This document shows, piece by piece, positions 19,581 through 29,458 of a stretch of DNA of 64,000 bases. The notes beneath the pieces are model-generated. The model saw only the letters and a list, made by a program, of their open reading frames with translations. It was not told where the DNA came from and made no database searches. Each line of letters starts with the position of its first letter. Position 1 is the first letter of the stretch. Source of the stretch: Oceanispirochaeta sp. (GTDB taxonomy: Bacteria > Spirochaetota > Spirochaetia > DSM-2461); assembly GCA_963666275.2 (NCBI GenBank), contig CAXXOA010000002.1, positions 576,001 to 640,000 of the forward strand. The letters are read 5' to 3'. Position numbers and translations under genes: made by a program.

Positions 19581-20276
19581 ATGAAACTGAATTCTTATGT
19601 GAATATTCCTCTGCCTACCCTGAAAAGATTTCCTGTCTATCTGGGGTTACTGAAAGAGTGTGAGCAACGGGGAGAAGAGTGGATATCCGCCAGCTATATA
19701 GCCGGAAAACTTGGTCTTAAATCCATCCAGGTCCGGAAAGATCTCTCCTGTACCGGAATTGTGGGAAAACCGAAAAAAGGGTTTCTTCTGAAAGAGCTGA
19801 TGGACGCCATCTCCTTTTACCTCGGTCAGGGAAACCAGTCTGATGTCCTCCTTGTGGGAGTCGGAAATCTGGGAAAGGCCCTTCTGGGTGAAAAACGTCT
19901 GACCCGGCACGGATTTAAGATTGTCGCCGCTTTTGATGTGGATGAAAGCCTTATAGGAACAGTCATGGCGGGGCATAAAATTTTCAGCATGGACAAGCTG
20001 GAAGATCTGATCAAAAGGATGGGAATAAAAATAGCCATTCTGACAGTCCCCGAAGAAGAAGCTCAGGCTGTTTCGGACCGTCTGGTTTCGGCCGGGATTG
20101 AAGGGATCTGGAACTTTTCCAGTCTATTTCTGGATGTTCCCTGCAATATAGCTCTTATTAACGAGGATCTCGGGTCAAGACTGGCCCTGCTCGCCGGGCA
20201 GGTTACCCATGGAGGCTCCTGTGAGGATACTCCCACCGCCTCCCGCCTGGGCAGTGTTCCCTTTTCCAATAAATAA
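19581..20276 (+). CDS. rex: Redox-sensing transcriptional repressor Rex
   Basis: PTLKRFPVY, QVRKDLS, GVGNLG, GIWNF. Confidence 0.9.
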   Translation: MKLNSYVNIPLPTLKRFPVYLGLLKECEQRGEEWISASYIAGKLGLKSIQVRKDLSCTGIVGKPKKGFLLKELMDAISFYLGQGNQSDVLLVGVGNLGKALLGEKRLTRHGFKIVAAFDVDESLIGTVMAGHKIFSMDKLEDLIKRMGIKIAILTVPEEEAQAVSDRLVSAGIEGIWNFSSLFLDVPCNIALINEDLGSRLALLAGQVTHGGSCEDTPTASRLGSVPFSNK

Positions 20277-20403
20277 AAAGAGACTCATGTTCCATGACTG
20301 GATCCTGATGACAATCGCATGTCTATTCAGGTTCTGTCAGCAGAGTCTCCGGGAGGGAACTCAACTGAGTTCTCTCAAAGGGAGGCCCCTGAACAGAAGA
20401 CTC

Positions 20404-20463
20404 CACTGAGCGGAGCTGAAGTGCCGAAGTGCCGAAGGGTGGTCCCTGAGCGGAGCCGAAGGG
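20404..20463. repeat. REP-like cluster of short palindromic units
   Basis: CACTGAGCGGAGCTGAAGTG (20404-20423) and CCCTGAGCGGAGCCGAAGGG (20444-20463) with CCGAAG repeats between, in a convergent intergenic gap. Confidence 0.6.
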
Positions 20464-20694
20464 TTATTTTACAAGTTTAAGTGACGGTCCCCGGGGCGGT
20501 TCCGGACGGTCCAGGGCGAATACGATGGTTTTTCCATCTTCCTCGTGCTGAGTAATTCTGATTGTTCCGCCCCCCTCATCAGATTCCACATGGACCAGCA
20601 TTCTTTCCTGTTCGTCTTTTGTGATTGTCAGAATCAGATCTGCTCCGTAAACTTCCACTACTTCCGTTTTGTCAATATTAATTGCTCTTCCCAT
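20464..20694 (-). CDS. Hypothetical protein
   Basis: 76 aa, GGAAGG RBS, fills the gap between genes. Confidence 0.65.
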   Translation of the reverse strand: MGRAINIDKTEVVEVYGADLILTITKDEQERMLVHVESDEGGGTIRITQHEEDGKTIVFALDRPEPPRGPSLKLVK

Positions 20695-20758
20695 TTGAAA
20701 CCTTCCGGGGTAAATATTAGTTGATTATTTCAAACCAGAGAGATCAGGTCAATCCGCG

Positions 20759-21208
20759 TCAGGCGTACTGGCTTATCTCTTCCGCCAGTACCTCAGCCCA
20801 TTCGCGGCTCTCTTCCTCTGTATTTCCCGCCATTTCATTTACTTTCAGGGAGGGGAGAATCATTCGGGTTCCCAGGCTTCTCAGTTTGGCTTCAAGGATA
20901 TTGACGGCTTCGCAGAAAAAACGAAATCTGCTGCTTCCAGGACCGAATACAGCCCCATAATGGCCTTTCAGGTCCAGATCATCCATTTCCCGCTCAAAAT
21001 TTATAAAATCTACAGCCAGATCTCCGTCACTCCAGGTGGAGGAGCCCAGTATTATAAATTTATAGTCTGCCAGTTCCGATGGCCTGGCTTCAAAAGTATT
21101 TTTTACAATATTCTCGACGCCTCGGCTCCGGAGTTCCTGAGAGATGGCTCTGGCCATCATTTCAGTTGTTCCTCTTTTGCTGGCGTATACAATTATTACG
21201 TCTGCCAT
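20759..21208 (-). CDS. Flavodoxin
   Basis: YASKRGTTE, GSSTWSDG, FCEAV. Confidence 0.9.
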   Translation of the reverse strand: MADVIIVYASKRGTTEMMARAISQELRSRGVENIVKNTFEARPSELADYKFIILGSSTWSDGDLAVDFINFEREMDDLDLKGHYGAVFGPGSSRFRFFCEAVNILEAKLRSLGTRMILPSLKVNEMAGNTEEESREWAEVLAEEISQYA

Positions 21209-21245
21209 AGGGATAATGTGATCTAAAACGGAAAAGACCGCAAGG

Positions 21246-21268
21246 GGCAGTCCCCCTGAAGGACTGCC
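21246..21268 (-). terminator. Hairpin after the thioesterase gene
   Basis: GGCAGTCC-N7-GGACTGCC. Confidence 0.45.
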
Positions 21269-21275
21269 GGAATCT

Positions 21276-21674
21276 TTACAGAATTGTTTTTAAAACAGCT
21301 GCCCTGTCGTCAGCCAGTTTTTTCAGGTTGATCCTGTCTACAATCAATCGCTCGTTCAGTCCATGAGCTATGACACCGGTTTCGTCCACTGCTTTCAGGG
21401 CGATCAGGATTTTGTTTTCTTCAACGGTTTTTACTGTTGCCTCTACTGTTACAGTTTCGCCGGCCACTGTGGGTTCCTCATGATTGACCTGTACCATTGT
21501 GGCTACGGTGGTCACTCCTTCATGCATCCTGTCATCCAGGAGTTTCCAGGCCGTGTCCAGCATCAGCTTTGTTAACGATGCCGTTGAAAGGAGTCCGTCA
21601 TAGGTGTCATTCTGTTTAACATCCTTCTGAAGTGTCAGAGATATTCCTGCTAATTCCTCAAAACTGGTTTTCAT
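21276..21674 (-). CDS. Hotdog-fold thioesterase (FlK-like)
   Basis: LLSTASL, TTVAT.VQVNHEEPT..G, HGLNER.IV. Confidence 0.75.
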   Translation of the reverse strand: MKTSFEELAGISLTLQKDVKQNDTYDGLLSTASLTKLMLDTAWKLLDDRMHEGVTTVATMVQVNHEEPTVAGETVTVEATVKTVEENKILIALKAVDETGVIAHGLNERLIVDRINLKKLADDRAAVLKTIL

Positions 21675-21803
21675 AGCATCCCCCTTACAGAAGAAATTCT
21701 AAATCGACAGAGAGGGAAAGTCCAAAAAAACTCCCTAATATATCTTCCCGGCTTTTCTGCCGGAGTCAATTCAAAAGAAATGTCTTCAAATCAGTGCCAA
21801 TCA

Positions 21804-22853
21804 TTACCGGGGTTTTCGTCCGGGGGGAGACGATGGCCGCTTTTTCCCTCCGGGGGCACCGTTTCGTTTTCCGGGTTTTCTGGCAGGAGGTGATGGTTTT
21901 TTCGCCCCTTTTTTCCTTGGAAACAGAGTCCAGCAGCGGTGCAGAGGTTTTCCGAGAAAGTCCTCATCGGTTGTGAGGGATGTCATATCTTCAATACGGA
22001 ATTTCGCGCTCAGATTCCTTTTATCCAGAAAGAATTTCTTATAGTTTGTGGAAAAGAGGATCACTCCTCCCTTGGCTGTGACGGCGCTGCAGAGATCCAG
22101 CATCTTTTCATAGTCCTTCTGAATATCCCAGACGCCTTCCATTTTCCTGCTGTTGGAAAAGGTGGGAGGATCCAGGATAATAATGTCCCATTTCCTTCCT
22201 TCGCGGCCTGCTTTCTCCAGAAAAGGGGTCACATCGCTGCAGACAAACTCGAACATTCCCGGAAGGAAGTTATTCTCCCGGAAATTTCTCTCCGCCCAGT
22301 TCAGATAGTTGGAGGACATATCTACTGTGGTAATGGATTCTGCTCCGCCTGACGCGGCATAGACTGAAAAAGAGCCTGTATAGGCGAAAAGGTTCAAAAC
22401 CCTTTTTCCGGCACTGTCTTCCCGGATCATCTGGCGGGTTTTTCTGTGATCCAGAAATAACCCCGTATCAATATAGTCATGAAGATTGACAAGAAAGATC
22501 AATCCGTTTTCCGAAACCTGACGAAACTCTTTCTCTTCTCCCTTGGCAGAATACTGGCGATGTTCCTTCAGCTTCTCCCGGGTTTTCTGGAAGATATTTT
22601 CCGGTTTAATGTAAAGAGCTCCTCCGATTTTACTGATCTCCTCATCGGTGAATATCGCGGTCTCCGAGGAATCGGCTTCGCTTATTGAAATATGAAGGGC
22701 ATCTCCGTAGACATCCAGTGTGACGGGTACATTTTCCACAGTCATGCTGTGAATTCTGTAGCAGTCTGTTCCCGAGGAATTGAAATAGGGCCTGAGTTTT
22801 TTATGTTTTTTTTTCAGCTGAAGAATCAGCTGATCGAATTTTTCCTGATCCAT
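21804..22853 (-). CDS. Class I SAM-dependent rRNA methyltransferase (RlmK/RlmI-like)
   Basis: DTGLFLDHR, LNLFAYTGSFS, LDPPTFSNS. Confidence 0.85.
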   Translation of the reverse strand: MDQEKFDQLILQLKKKHKKLRPYFNSSGTDCYRIHSMTVENVPVTLDVYGDALHISISEADSSETAIFTDEEISKIGGALYIKPENIFQKTREKLKEHRQYSAKGEEKEFRQVSENGLIFLVNLHDYIDTGLFLDHRKTRQMIREDSAGKRVLNLFAYTGSFSVYAASGGAESITTVDMSSNYLNWAERNFRENNFLPGMFEFVCSDVTPFLEKAGREGRKWDIIILDPPTFSNSRKMEGVWDIQKDYEKMLDLCSAVTAKGGVILFSTNYKKFFLDKRNLSAKFRIEDMTSLTTDEDFLGKPLHRCWTLFPRKKGAKKPSPPARKPGKRNGAPGGKKRPSSPPGRKPR

Positions 22854-22926
22854 TATTTTTCTCCAGGCCCTACCTTATCCCATATCGCTTGTGCTTGAAA
22901 ATCCGCAGGGCCCGGAGAATATCAAA

Positions 22927-23544
22927 TCAGCCGGAAAAGCCATTCATATAGGGCAGGTTCTGAGCCACTTTCTTTGCCCGGGGAAGATTTTCAAGGAGCA
23001 GAGCCGTACTGTCCCAGGTTCCTTCTGTCAGAGCGGAACGCCTGCTTTCTGTGAGGTTCACCTTCCAGCTCCTGTCTCCCGCCTTCAGAGAAAGATCTTT
23101 CAGATCCAATTCCAGTTCCAGGGAAGGATCTTTTTCTACAAGATACTGAAGTTCCAGGATAGATGCTGCTTCCATTGTGACCGCAGGAACTCCCAGCATC
23201 ATGCAGTTTCCAGCAAAAATCTCTGCCAGAGACTCTGCGATTACCACCTGAATACCCCATCTTTTGAGAGACTGGGGAGCATGCTCTCTGCTGGAACCGC
23301 AGCCGAAGTTGTCATTGGCAATGAGAAAACCCGCTTCCTGACGTTCCGGGTCGTTAAAGGGATGGTCTTTTTCTGAACCGTCCTGATTAAATCTCTCATC
23401 AAAAAAAGGATACTCTCCCATTCTGGCAAAGGTTATCTCCTTCAAAAAACGGGCGGGAATGATCCTGTCTGTATCTATATCATTTCCCCTGATCGCAATC
23501 CCCCTGGATTTGATGGTTGTTATTTTTTTGATTTCTTTTCCCAT
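22927..23544 (-). CDS. leuD: 3-isopropylmalate dehydratase small subunit
   Basis: DIDTDRIIPARFLK, NFGCGSSREHAP. Confidence 0.95.
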   Translation of the reverse strand: MGKEIKKITTIKSRGIAIRGNDIDTDRIIPARFLKEITFARMGEYPFFDERFNQDGSEKDHPFNDPERQEAGFLIANDNFGCGSSREHAPQSLKRWGIQVVIAESLAEIFAGNCMMLGVPAVTMEAASILELQYLVEKDPSLELELDLKDLSLKAGDRSWKVNLTESRRSALTEGTWDSTALLLENLPRAKKVAQNLPYMNGFSG

Positions 23545-23547
23545 GTT

Positions 23548-24954
23548 CTATTCCTGTTCCTTTCTGATATCGCATACATGTCCGGCAACCGCAGCAGCCG
23601 CAACCATAACAGGAGACATCAGGAGGGTTCTTCCAGTGGCGCTTCCCTGTCTTCCGATGAAGTTTCTGTTACTGGAGCTGGCACATATTTCATCTCCCTG
23701 GAGTTTATCCGGGTTCATGGCCAGACACATGGAACATCCCGCAAAGCGCCAGTCAAATCCGGCAGCCTGAAAGATTTCATGGAGCCCTTCGTCCATAGCC
23801 TGTTTTCTGACGGCAAGAGAGCCGGGAACAACGATGCCCCTGACTCCCTTTGCGATCTTTTTTCCCTTCAGATAGGAAGCCGCCGCCCGGAGGTCTCCAA
23901 TCCTTCCGTTGGTACAGCTGCCGATAAAGGCTACCTGTACCGGAATCTCCTCGGCTTTCATCCCGGGAGTCAGTTTCATATGGGCGTAGGCTTCTTCAAG
24001 GGATTTCTTCTGAACCGGATCCGACGGATCGGGAACAGGTAGATTCTCATCGACCGCCACACTCTCTCCGGGAGTTATCCCCCAGGTCACCATGGGAGAT
24101 ATCTCATCGGCGGAGTATCTCACAACATCGTCGTAGACCGCATCTTTTTCGGAGGGCAGGGAATTCCACCAGCTGACAGCTTTTTTCCAGTTTTCTCCGG
24201 AGGGTGCATAGGGGCGCCCCTTTATATAGGCATAGGTGGTTTCGTCGGGATTCACATAGCCGATCCGGGCTCCCCCTTCGATGGACATGTTGCAGACGGT
24301 CATGCGTCCTTCCATGGTCATTTCATCAAAAACGGTTCCTCCGTACTCGTAGGCATAGCCGATTCCCCCTTTGACTCCCAGCCTGTTTATAATAAACAGA
24401 ATTACATCCTTGGGAGTGACTCCCGGTTTGAGAGTGCCATTCACCTCAATCCTTCTTACTTTCAGGGGATCCATTGCCAGGCATCCGGTAGCCAGAACAT
24501 CCCGGACCTGGCTTGTTCCGATCCCGAAGGCCAGGGTTCCGAAAGCCCCGTGGGTAGAGGTATGGGAATCGCCGCAGGCAATAGTCATTCCCGGCTGGGT
24601 CAGCCCCTGTTCGGGGCCTACCATATGAACGATTCCCTGCTTGCCCGAGGGAGGGTCAAAAAGAGGAACGCCGAATTCCTTTGTGTTTTTCTCCAGGGCG
24701 CTCATCATCTCTTCCGCCTGGGAATCGGCAAAAGGCCTCATTGCTGAGACCGTGGGGACTATATGATCACAGGTTGCAAATGTCCTTTCCGGGAAGGCTA
24801 CCTGAAGTCCCTCTTCCCTCAGACCGTCAAAAGCCTGAGGACTGGTCACTTCATGAACCAGATGCAGTCCTATGAGTAACTGATCCTGTCCACTGGGCAG
24901 CGGCCCCGCATTATGTGCATCCCAAATCTTGTTATACAGTGTTTTCTGTGCCAC
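23548..24954 (-). CDS. leuC: 3-isopropylmalate dehydratase large subunit
   Basis: [30 protein letters not shown]; start re-called at GTG 24954 after an AAGGA RBS. Confidence 0.95.
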   Translation of the reverse strand: MAQKTLYNKIWDAHNAGPLPSGQDQLLIGLHLVHEVTSPQAFDGLREEGLQVAFPERTFATCDHIVPTVSAMRPFADSQAEEMMSALEKNTKEFGVPLFDPPSGKQGIVHMVGPEQGLTQPGMTIACGDSHTSTHGAFGTLAFGIGTSQVRDVLATGCLAMDPLKVRRIEVNGTLKPGVTPKDVILFIINRLGVKGGIGYAYEYGGTVFDEMTMEGRMTVCNMSIEGGARIGYVNPDETTYAYIKGRPYAPSGENWKKAVSWWNSLPSEKDAVYDDVVRYSADEISPMVTWGITPGESVAVDENLPVPDPSDPVQKKSLEEAYAHMKLTPGMKAEEIPVQVAFIGSCTNGRIGDLRAAASYLKGKKIAKGVRGIVVPGSLAVRKQAMDEGLHEIFQAAGFDWRFAGCSMCLAMNPDKLQGDEICASSSNRNFIGRQGSATGRTLLMSPVMVAAAAVAGHVCDIRKEQE

Positions 24955-24982
24955 AACTTTTTCCTTATAAAATGATCTATCT

Positions 24983-25012
24983 AATAAAAACCGCTCCGCC
25001 TGAGCGGAGCAG
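24983..25012 (-). terminator. Terminator-like hairpin in the leuC leader
   Basis: CTGCTCCGC-TCAG-GCGGAGCGG followed by TTTTTATT on the minus strand. Confidence 0.6.
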
Positions 25013-25059
25013 CAACTCATCTGTCCTTTATATTGTATATATCCAATACGGGAAAAAGC

Positions 25060-25107
25060 AAAAAAAAGAGGGGGTGCTGCAGAAATCTTTCTTCCTGCAG
25101 CACCCCC
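25060..25107 (-). terminator. Intrinsic terminator of hsp20
   Basis: GGGGGTGCTGCAG/CTGCAGCACCCCC stem followed by a T run on the minus strand. Confidence 0.85.
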
Positions 25108-25137
25108 CGAAACACAATCAACGGAGTATGAAGCCCT

Positions 25138-25569
25138 TTATCCTTTCACTTTTATCGAGAGGGGAGCCGGTTTGGGCTGCTTGGGGATGGTCATTGTGAG
25201 AAGTCCGTTTTTCAGGTCCGCTTCGATCTTCTCCTTGTCTATGTCCTGGGGAAGAACAAAGGTCTTCTCAAACTTCAGTTCCTGATGCTCCTCTCTCAGG
25301 GAGTCTTTCTTTTTCTCTTTTTTATCCTGTTTATGCTGAGCCTGAATTTTCAGGATATTTTCTTCTACATGGACATTCAGTTCCTCCGCGCTGAAGCCGG
25401 GAAGTTCCGCTGTCAGGGAAAATCCTGTTTCAGTTTCGGTCACTCTGGTGACAGGGGTCCTGGTTTCTCCCCATTCGGAAGAAGAATTGAAAAATGATTC
25501 GAACATTTTATCGAAGTCCTTCCACAGATCAATGTTCCTGTTGTTTCTTTTTACGGTCATATAGTTCAT
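25138..25569 (-). CDS. Small heat-shock protein Hsp20
   Basis: AELPGF, FEKTFVLP and IEADLKNGLLTMTIPK; GGAGG RBS. Confidence 0.93.
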   Translation of the reverse strand: MNYMTVKRNNRNIDLWKDFDKMFESFFNSSSEWGETRTPVTRVTETETGFSLTAELPGFSAEELNVHVEENILKIQAQHKQDKKEKKKDSLREEHQELKFEKTFVLPQDIDKEKIEADLKNGLLTMTIPKQPKPAPLSIKVKG

Positions 25570-25614
25570 ATCTTACCTCCATAAGGATTTTTTTATTTTC
25601 TCTAATAAATACAT

Positions 25615-25630
25615 TGCAAATGCTGTGCCA
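25615..25630 (-). promoter_or_regulatory. sigma54 (-24/-12) promoter upstream of hsp20
   Basis: TGGCACAGCATTTGCA with exact GG-N10-GC spacing. Confidence 0.75.
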
Positions 25631-25921
25631 AAAGCTTCTTTTCTAACTGAAAATCCTCAGAAAATCTCTCTCATGGGATTTTATTCCCCTTTTATGCGGA
25701 ATTTTCCGTATCTCTCCCGGAAAATTCATACAGATGAGTCTGTTTGGCGGGTCACCTCAGGCTCTTCCCGGCGTCCTTTGTGTCAGAATGGCCCAACAGT
25801 TTTTTTTCGCTGGAATTTTTTGAGTATAAATTGGATAATTGAAACGCATTTGCTCATTTGTATGATGTCATTTATGATTAGAAAGAGGAGCTCCCTATCA
25901 ATTTTCTGAAGGAATTTTCTG

Positions 25922-27472
25922 TTGACAGAGGCTGTTAAAAAGCAAATGGTATTTTCCAAGACCAAAAAACCGCAGGTATCCGGATTTGACAGTAAAGATT
26001 CTCCCTGGAAGATTCTTATTGTTGATGATGAACCAATTATCCACTCCGTGACCGAGCTTGTCCTGAGGGACTTTCATTTTGAGAATCGACCGCTGAAACT
26101 CCTTTCAGCCTACAGCGAGGCAGATGCCAGAAAAATCCTTTCTGAAGAAGAGGGGATCGCCGTAGCGATTGTCGATGTGGTTATGGAAGAGGACAACTCC
26201 GGGCTGAAGCTTATAAAGTGGATCCGGGACGTTCTCGGATACAGGGAGATCCGACTGATTCTCAGAACCGGTCAGCCCGGAGTGGCTCCGGAAAAAGAGA
26301 TCATTCACCGCTATGAAATCAATGATTATAAAGAAAAAACCGAGCTGACAGATATCAAGCTTCTGACAGCGTTAACCGTTGCGATCAGAGGCTACAGGGA
26401 TCTTGTGGAGCTCAAAAGGAATCAGTTCGGCTTTGCCAGGATACTGGATGGCGCCAATGAACTTTGGCAGAACCCCAGGGAATCGGCCCTGTTGAGTGTT
26501 ATCCTCAGGCAGTTCAGTTCTCTCCTTTTCAATATAGGGGATTCTGAAGAGGTCCGGGACTGTTTTGCCGTGACCTGTAAGGACGGCAGATATCTGATCA
26601 ATATCGCCCAGGGCCGGTATGCGGATTTTCAGGGAAAACCCCTGGGGTCCACGGACCTGGCCTATCTGAAAGAGTCCATGGCTCAGTGTTCCCATGAAAA
26701 GCCCATTGTCTTCAAAGATCCCTTCATTGTCTGTTCCCTGGATACCAGGCAGGTTTCCGGTCTCTATCTTGTAATGAAAACCTCTGTCCGTCCCGACGAT
26801 ACGGATAATACGATCCTGGGAGCTTTTCTTGTTAACTCATCCCTGGCCATGGACTACTGGCTGCTGACTGCCAACAAGAACAGATCCCAGAAGAATATGC
26901 TTATCTTTCTCAGTGAAGTTATTGAGCATCACTTTATGGAAAACGGCAATCACATCAGACGTGTTTCAGAAATGATGTACCTGCTGAGCAGAAAAATCGA
27001 CATCGACGAGGAGAGTGCGGAGCGCTGGAAGATGGCGTCCATCCTTCACGATATCGGCAAGATAGGTATTCCTGACAATATCCTGAAAAAACCGGGGATC
27101 CTGACGGAACAGGAGTTTGAAATTATGAAGACTCATGTTCAGATCGGGCATAAACTCCTGAGTACCAACAAAGATGAGTTTTTTCCCGATGCCTCTGAGA
27201 TCGCCCTGTACCATCATGAAAAATGGAACGGTTCCGGTTATCCCCAGGGGCTGAAAGGCCATGATATTCCTCTCCCGGCCAGGATTCTCTCTATCATTGA
27301 TGTTTTTGATGCCCTTACCCATACCAGGATCTATAAGGATGCCTGGAGTATTGAAAAGGCTCTGGATCATATCAAGAGTCAGAAGGAGATCAGTTTTGAT
27401 CCTGAACTGGTCAATTCATTTGTAGAGATTGTTCCGGAATTACAGTGGGTGCTAGATGAATATCCGGATTAA
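25922..27472 (+). CDS. Response regulator with DUF3369-like and HD-GYP phosphodiesterase domains
   Basis: REC (IVDDE, DVVME, RTGQPG); HDIGK and HHEKWNGSGYP; start may be 25946. Confidence 0.88.
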   Translation: MTEAVKKQMVFSKTKKPQVSGFDSKDSPWKILIVDDEPIIHSVTELVLRDFHFENRPLKLLSAYSEADARKILSEEEGIAVAIVDVVMEEDNSGLKLIKWIRDVLGYREIRLILRTGQPGVAPEKEIIHRYEINDYKEKTELTDIKLLTALTVAIRGYRDLVELKRNQFGFARILDGANELWQNPRESALLSVILRQFSSLLFNIGDSEEVRDCFAVTCKDGRYLINIAQGRYADFQGKPLGSTDLAYLKESMAQCSHEKPIVFKDPFIVCSLDTRQVSGLYLVMKTSVRPDDTDNTILGAFLVNSSLAMDYWLLTANKNRSQKNMLIFLSEVIEHHFMENGNHIRRVSEMMYLLSRKIDIDEESAERWKMASILHDIGKIGIPDNILKKPGILTEQEFEIMKTHVQIGHKLLSTNKDEFFPDASEIALYHHEKWNGSGYPQGLKGHDIPLPARILSIIDVFDALTHTRIYKDAWSIEKALDHIKSQKEISFDPELVNSFVEIVPELQWVLDEYPD

Positions 27473-29456
27473 GGGCTTTGCCTCCGCTGTCATTCTGATT
27501 TTGCTTTCAGTATTTCTGCAGGCCCAGGATTTGCCTGGAGTCTCTGATGCTTTCAGTATCAGACAGTACAATCCGGAATTCTATACAGAGAAATCAGAGG
27601 ACACCAGTCCCCTGGATATCATTAATCTGCCTGATCAGAGCTGGGCCCCTCTCCCGGAATCCAGCAGATTGCCGGCGGGGGAAGACGCGGTCTGGTTAAG
27701 GATAGCACTTCCTGAAGGCGCTCTGGGGCAGGACGTCTACCTGACAGAACATTTTGGCATCCGCAAGTGGAATGTCTACTTTTTCTCGGAGAACCTGCTC
27801 CTGGATCAGGAAGTCATCAGCTGGACTGAAGACTTCCGGGATAATCAGAGTACCCACTCCCAGTACAGGGGTTTCACAAACTTTCATGTTTTCAACAGCA
27901 ATCATAAGGATGTTGTTCTTCTGGTCAGACTGGAACCGCAGTATGGCCTGATCTACAGCTTTTATCTCCGGGGAAGGGTGAACTTCCAGAATCAGTACAA
28001 CTCCTGGATTTTCCTTCAGGGCGTCGGGGTGGGGATCATTGTTGTGGTGATTCTTCTGACCCTGGCGATGTCCCTCCGGCTGATGTACAAGATTGACTGG
28101 CTCTATCTGGCCGTTGTGGTGATTACGGGGCTGAGCATCAGTTACTACACCGGTATGGGCCCGGCGCTGATCTCCTATGTATTTCCCCGGTTTTCCCATA
28201 CAGCCTGGCTGTTCCTTCTCAGTCTGTCCAATCTCTTTTTTATCCTCTTTATCGAGGAGTTCTCTGATTTTCCCGCAGAGAAGAAGGGAGTGGGGACCTA
28301 CTTCCTTGTGATTCGCTTTCTATCTCTTCTGTTTCCTGTGGTTCTTCTGTTCCTTCCTGCCTATCTGGGGGCGGAGGTCATGCACTTCGGTACTCTTTTC
28401 ATATCTCTTCTGATACTGGCCGGACTGATTCAGCTCGTGGTGATACAGTCTGTCCAGGCGGCCTGGATCTTCAGCGGATGGCTTGTGATGATCCTTTTCA
28501 TCACTCTGGGGACAATCCTGAAACTGAATCATATCACCATACAGATCATGCCTATCATATCCTTTATCCTGGGCTACGCCCTGCTTCTGATTTTTCTGGG
28601 GACAGCACTTATAAAGCAGATGGACCAGCAGCGGCGGATTGAACTGCGGCGAAGACGGTCGGCGGAACATATGGCTGAGAGCGTCCTGAAGAGGATGGGA
28701 GAAAACAAAAGGATGGCTGACCTGGGAGAGATGGTCAGCAGTGTAACCCACGAACTGGGAACTCCCCTGGGGGTAACAGTGACCCTTTCATCCAATATGA
28801 CCAATATAGGCCAGCATATCAGACAGCTCTTCAATGAGAGTGAGTTGAGCGAGGATGATTTTAAACAGTTCATGACGGATGTACTGGAATCATCGGAACT
28901 TATTGAAAAGAATATGGAAACGGCCCGGGGCCTCATTGAAGGTTTCAAACAGGTTGCCTCCGATCAGGCGGCTCCGGATATCAGGGAGTTCAACCTCTTT
29001 CAGTATATCTCACAGGTTGTACGGATTCTTATGACCCAGTTCAAAAGGCGTCCCTACAAGCTGAATCTGAATATCCCGGGAGATCTGACGATCCGCTCCA
29101 ACCCCGGAATTCTAACACAGGTGCTGACAAATCTGATTAATAATGCGATTGTGCACGGTTTTGCGAACAGAGAGGAAGGATCGATTAATCTGAACGCCCG
29201 GAAGATCCTTAAAAACGACAAAAACTACGTGGAGCTTGTTGTTGAGGATGATGGAAACGGCATACTCCTTGAAATCCAGAAGAAAGTCTTTAATATGTAC
29301 TTTACAACACGAAAGGGATTCGGTGGTACGGGAGTTGGGCTTTCCATAGTCAAATCTCTTGTGGAGGAGCGTTTGCAGGGCTCCATCTCTCTGGTCAGTA
29401 AACCCGAGAAGGGGACGACCTTTACTCTGCTGATCCCTGAAAGTATCGAGGAATAG
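27456..29456 (+). CDS. 7TM-DISM-type sensor histidine kinase
   Basis: Signal peptide, about 7 TM helices, H-box THELGTPLG, NLINNA, DDGNGI, GTGVGL. Confidence 0.88.
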   Translation: MNIRIKGFASAVILILLSVFLQAQDLPGVSDAFSIRQYNPEFYTEKSEDTSPLDIINLPDQSWAPLPESSRLPAGEDAVWLRIALPEGALGQDVYLTEHFGIRKWNVYFFSENLLLDQEVISWTEDFRDNQSTHSQYRGFTNFHVFNSNHKDVVLLVRLEPQYGLIYSFYLRGRVNFQNQYNSWIFLQGVGVGIIVVVILLTLAMSLRLMYKIDWLYLAVVVITGLSISYYTGMGPALISYVFPRFSHTAWLFLLSLSNLFFILFIEEFSDFPAEKKGVGTYFLVIRFLSLLFPVVLLFLPAYLGAEVMHFGTLFISLLILAGLIQLVVIQSVQAAWIFSGWLVMILFITLGTILKLNHITIQIMPIISFILGYALLLIFLGTALIKQMDQQRRIELRRRRSAEHMAESVLKRMGENKRMADLGEMVSSVTHELGTPLGVTVTLSSNMTNIGQHIRQLFNESELSEDDFKQFMTDVLESSELIEKNMETARGLIEGFKQVASDQAAPDIREFNLFQYISQVVRILMTQFKRRPYKLNLNIPGDLTIRSNPGILTQVLTNLINNAIVHGFANREEGSINLNARKILKNDKNYVELVVEDDGNGILLEIQKKVFNMYFTTRKGFGGTGVGLSIVKSLVEERLQGSISLVSKPEKGTTFTLLIPESIEE

Positions 29457-29458
29457 GT

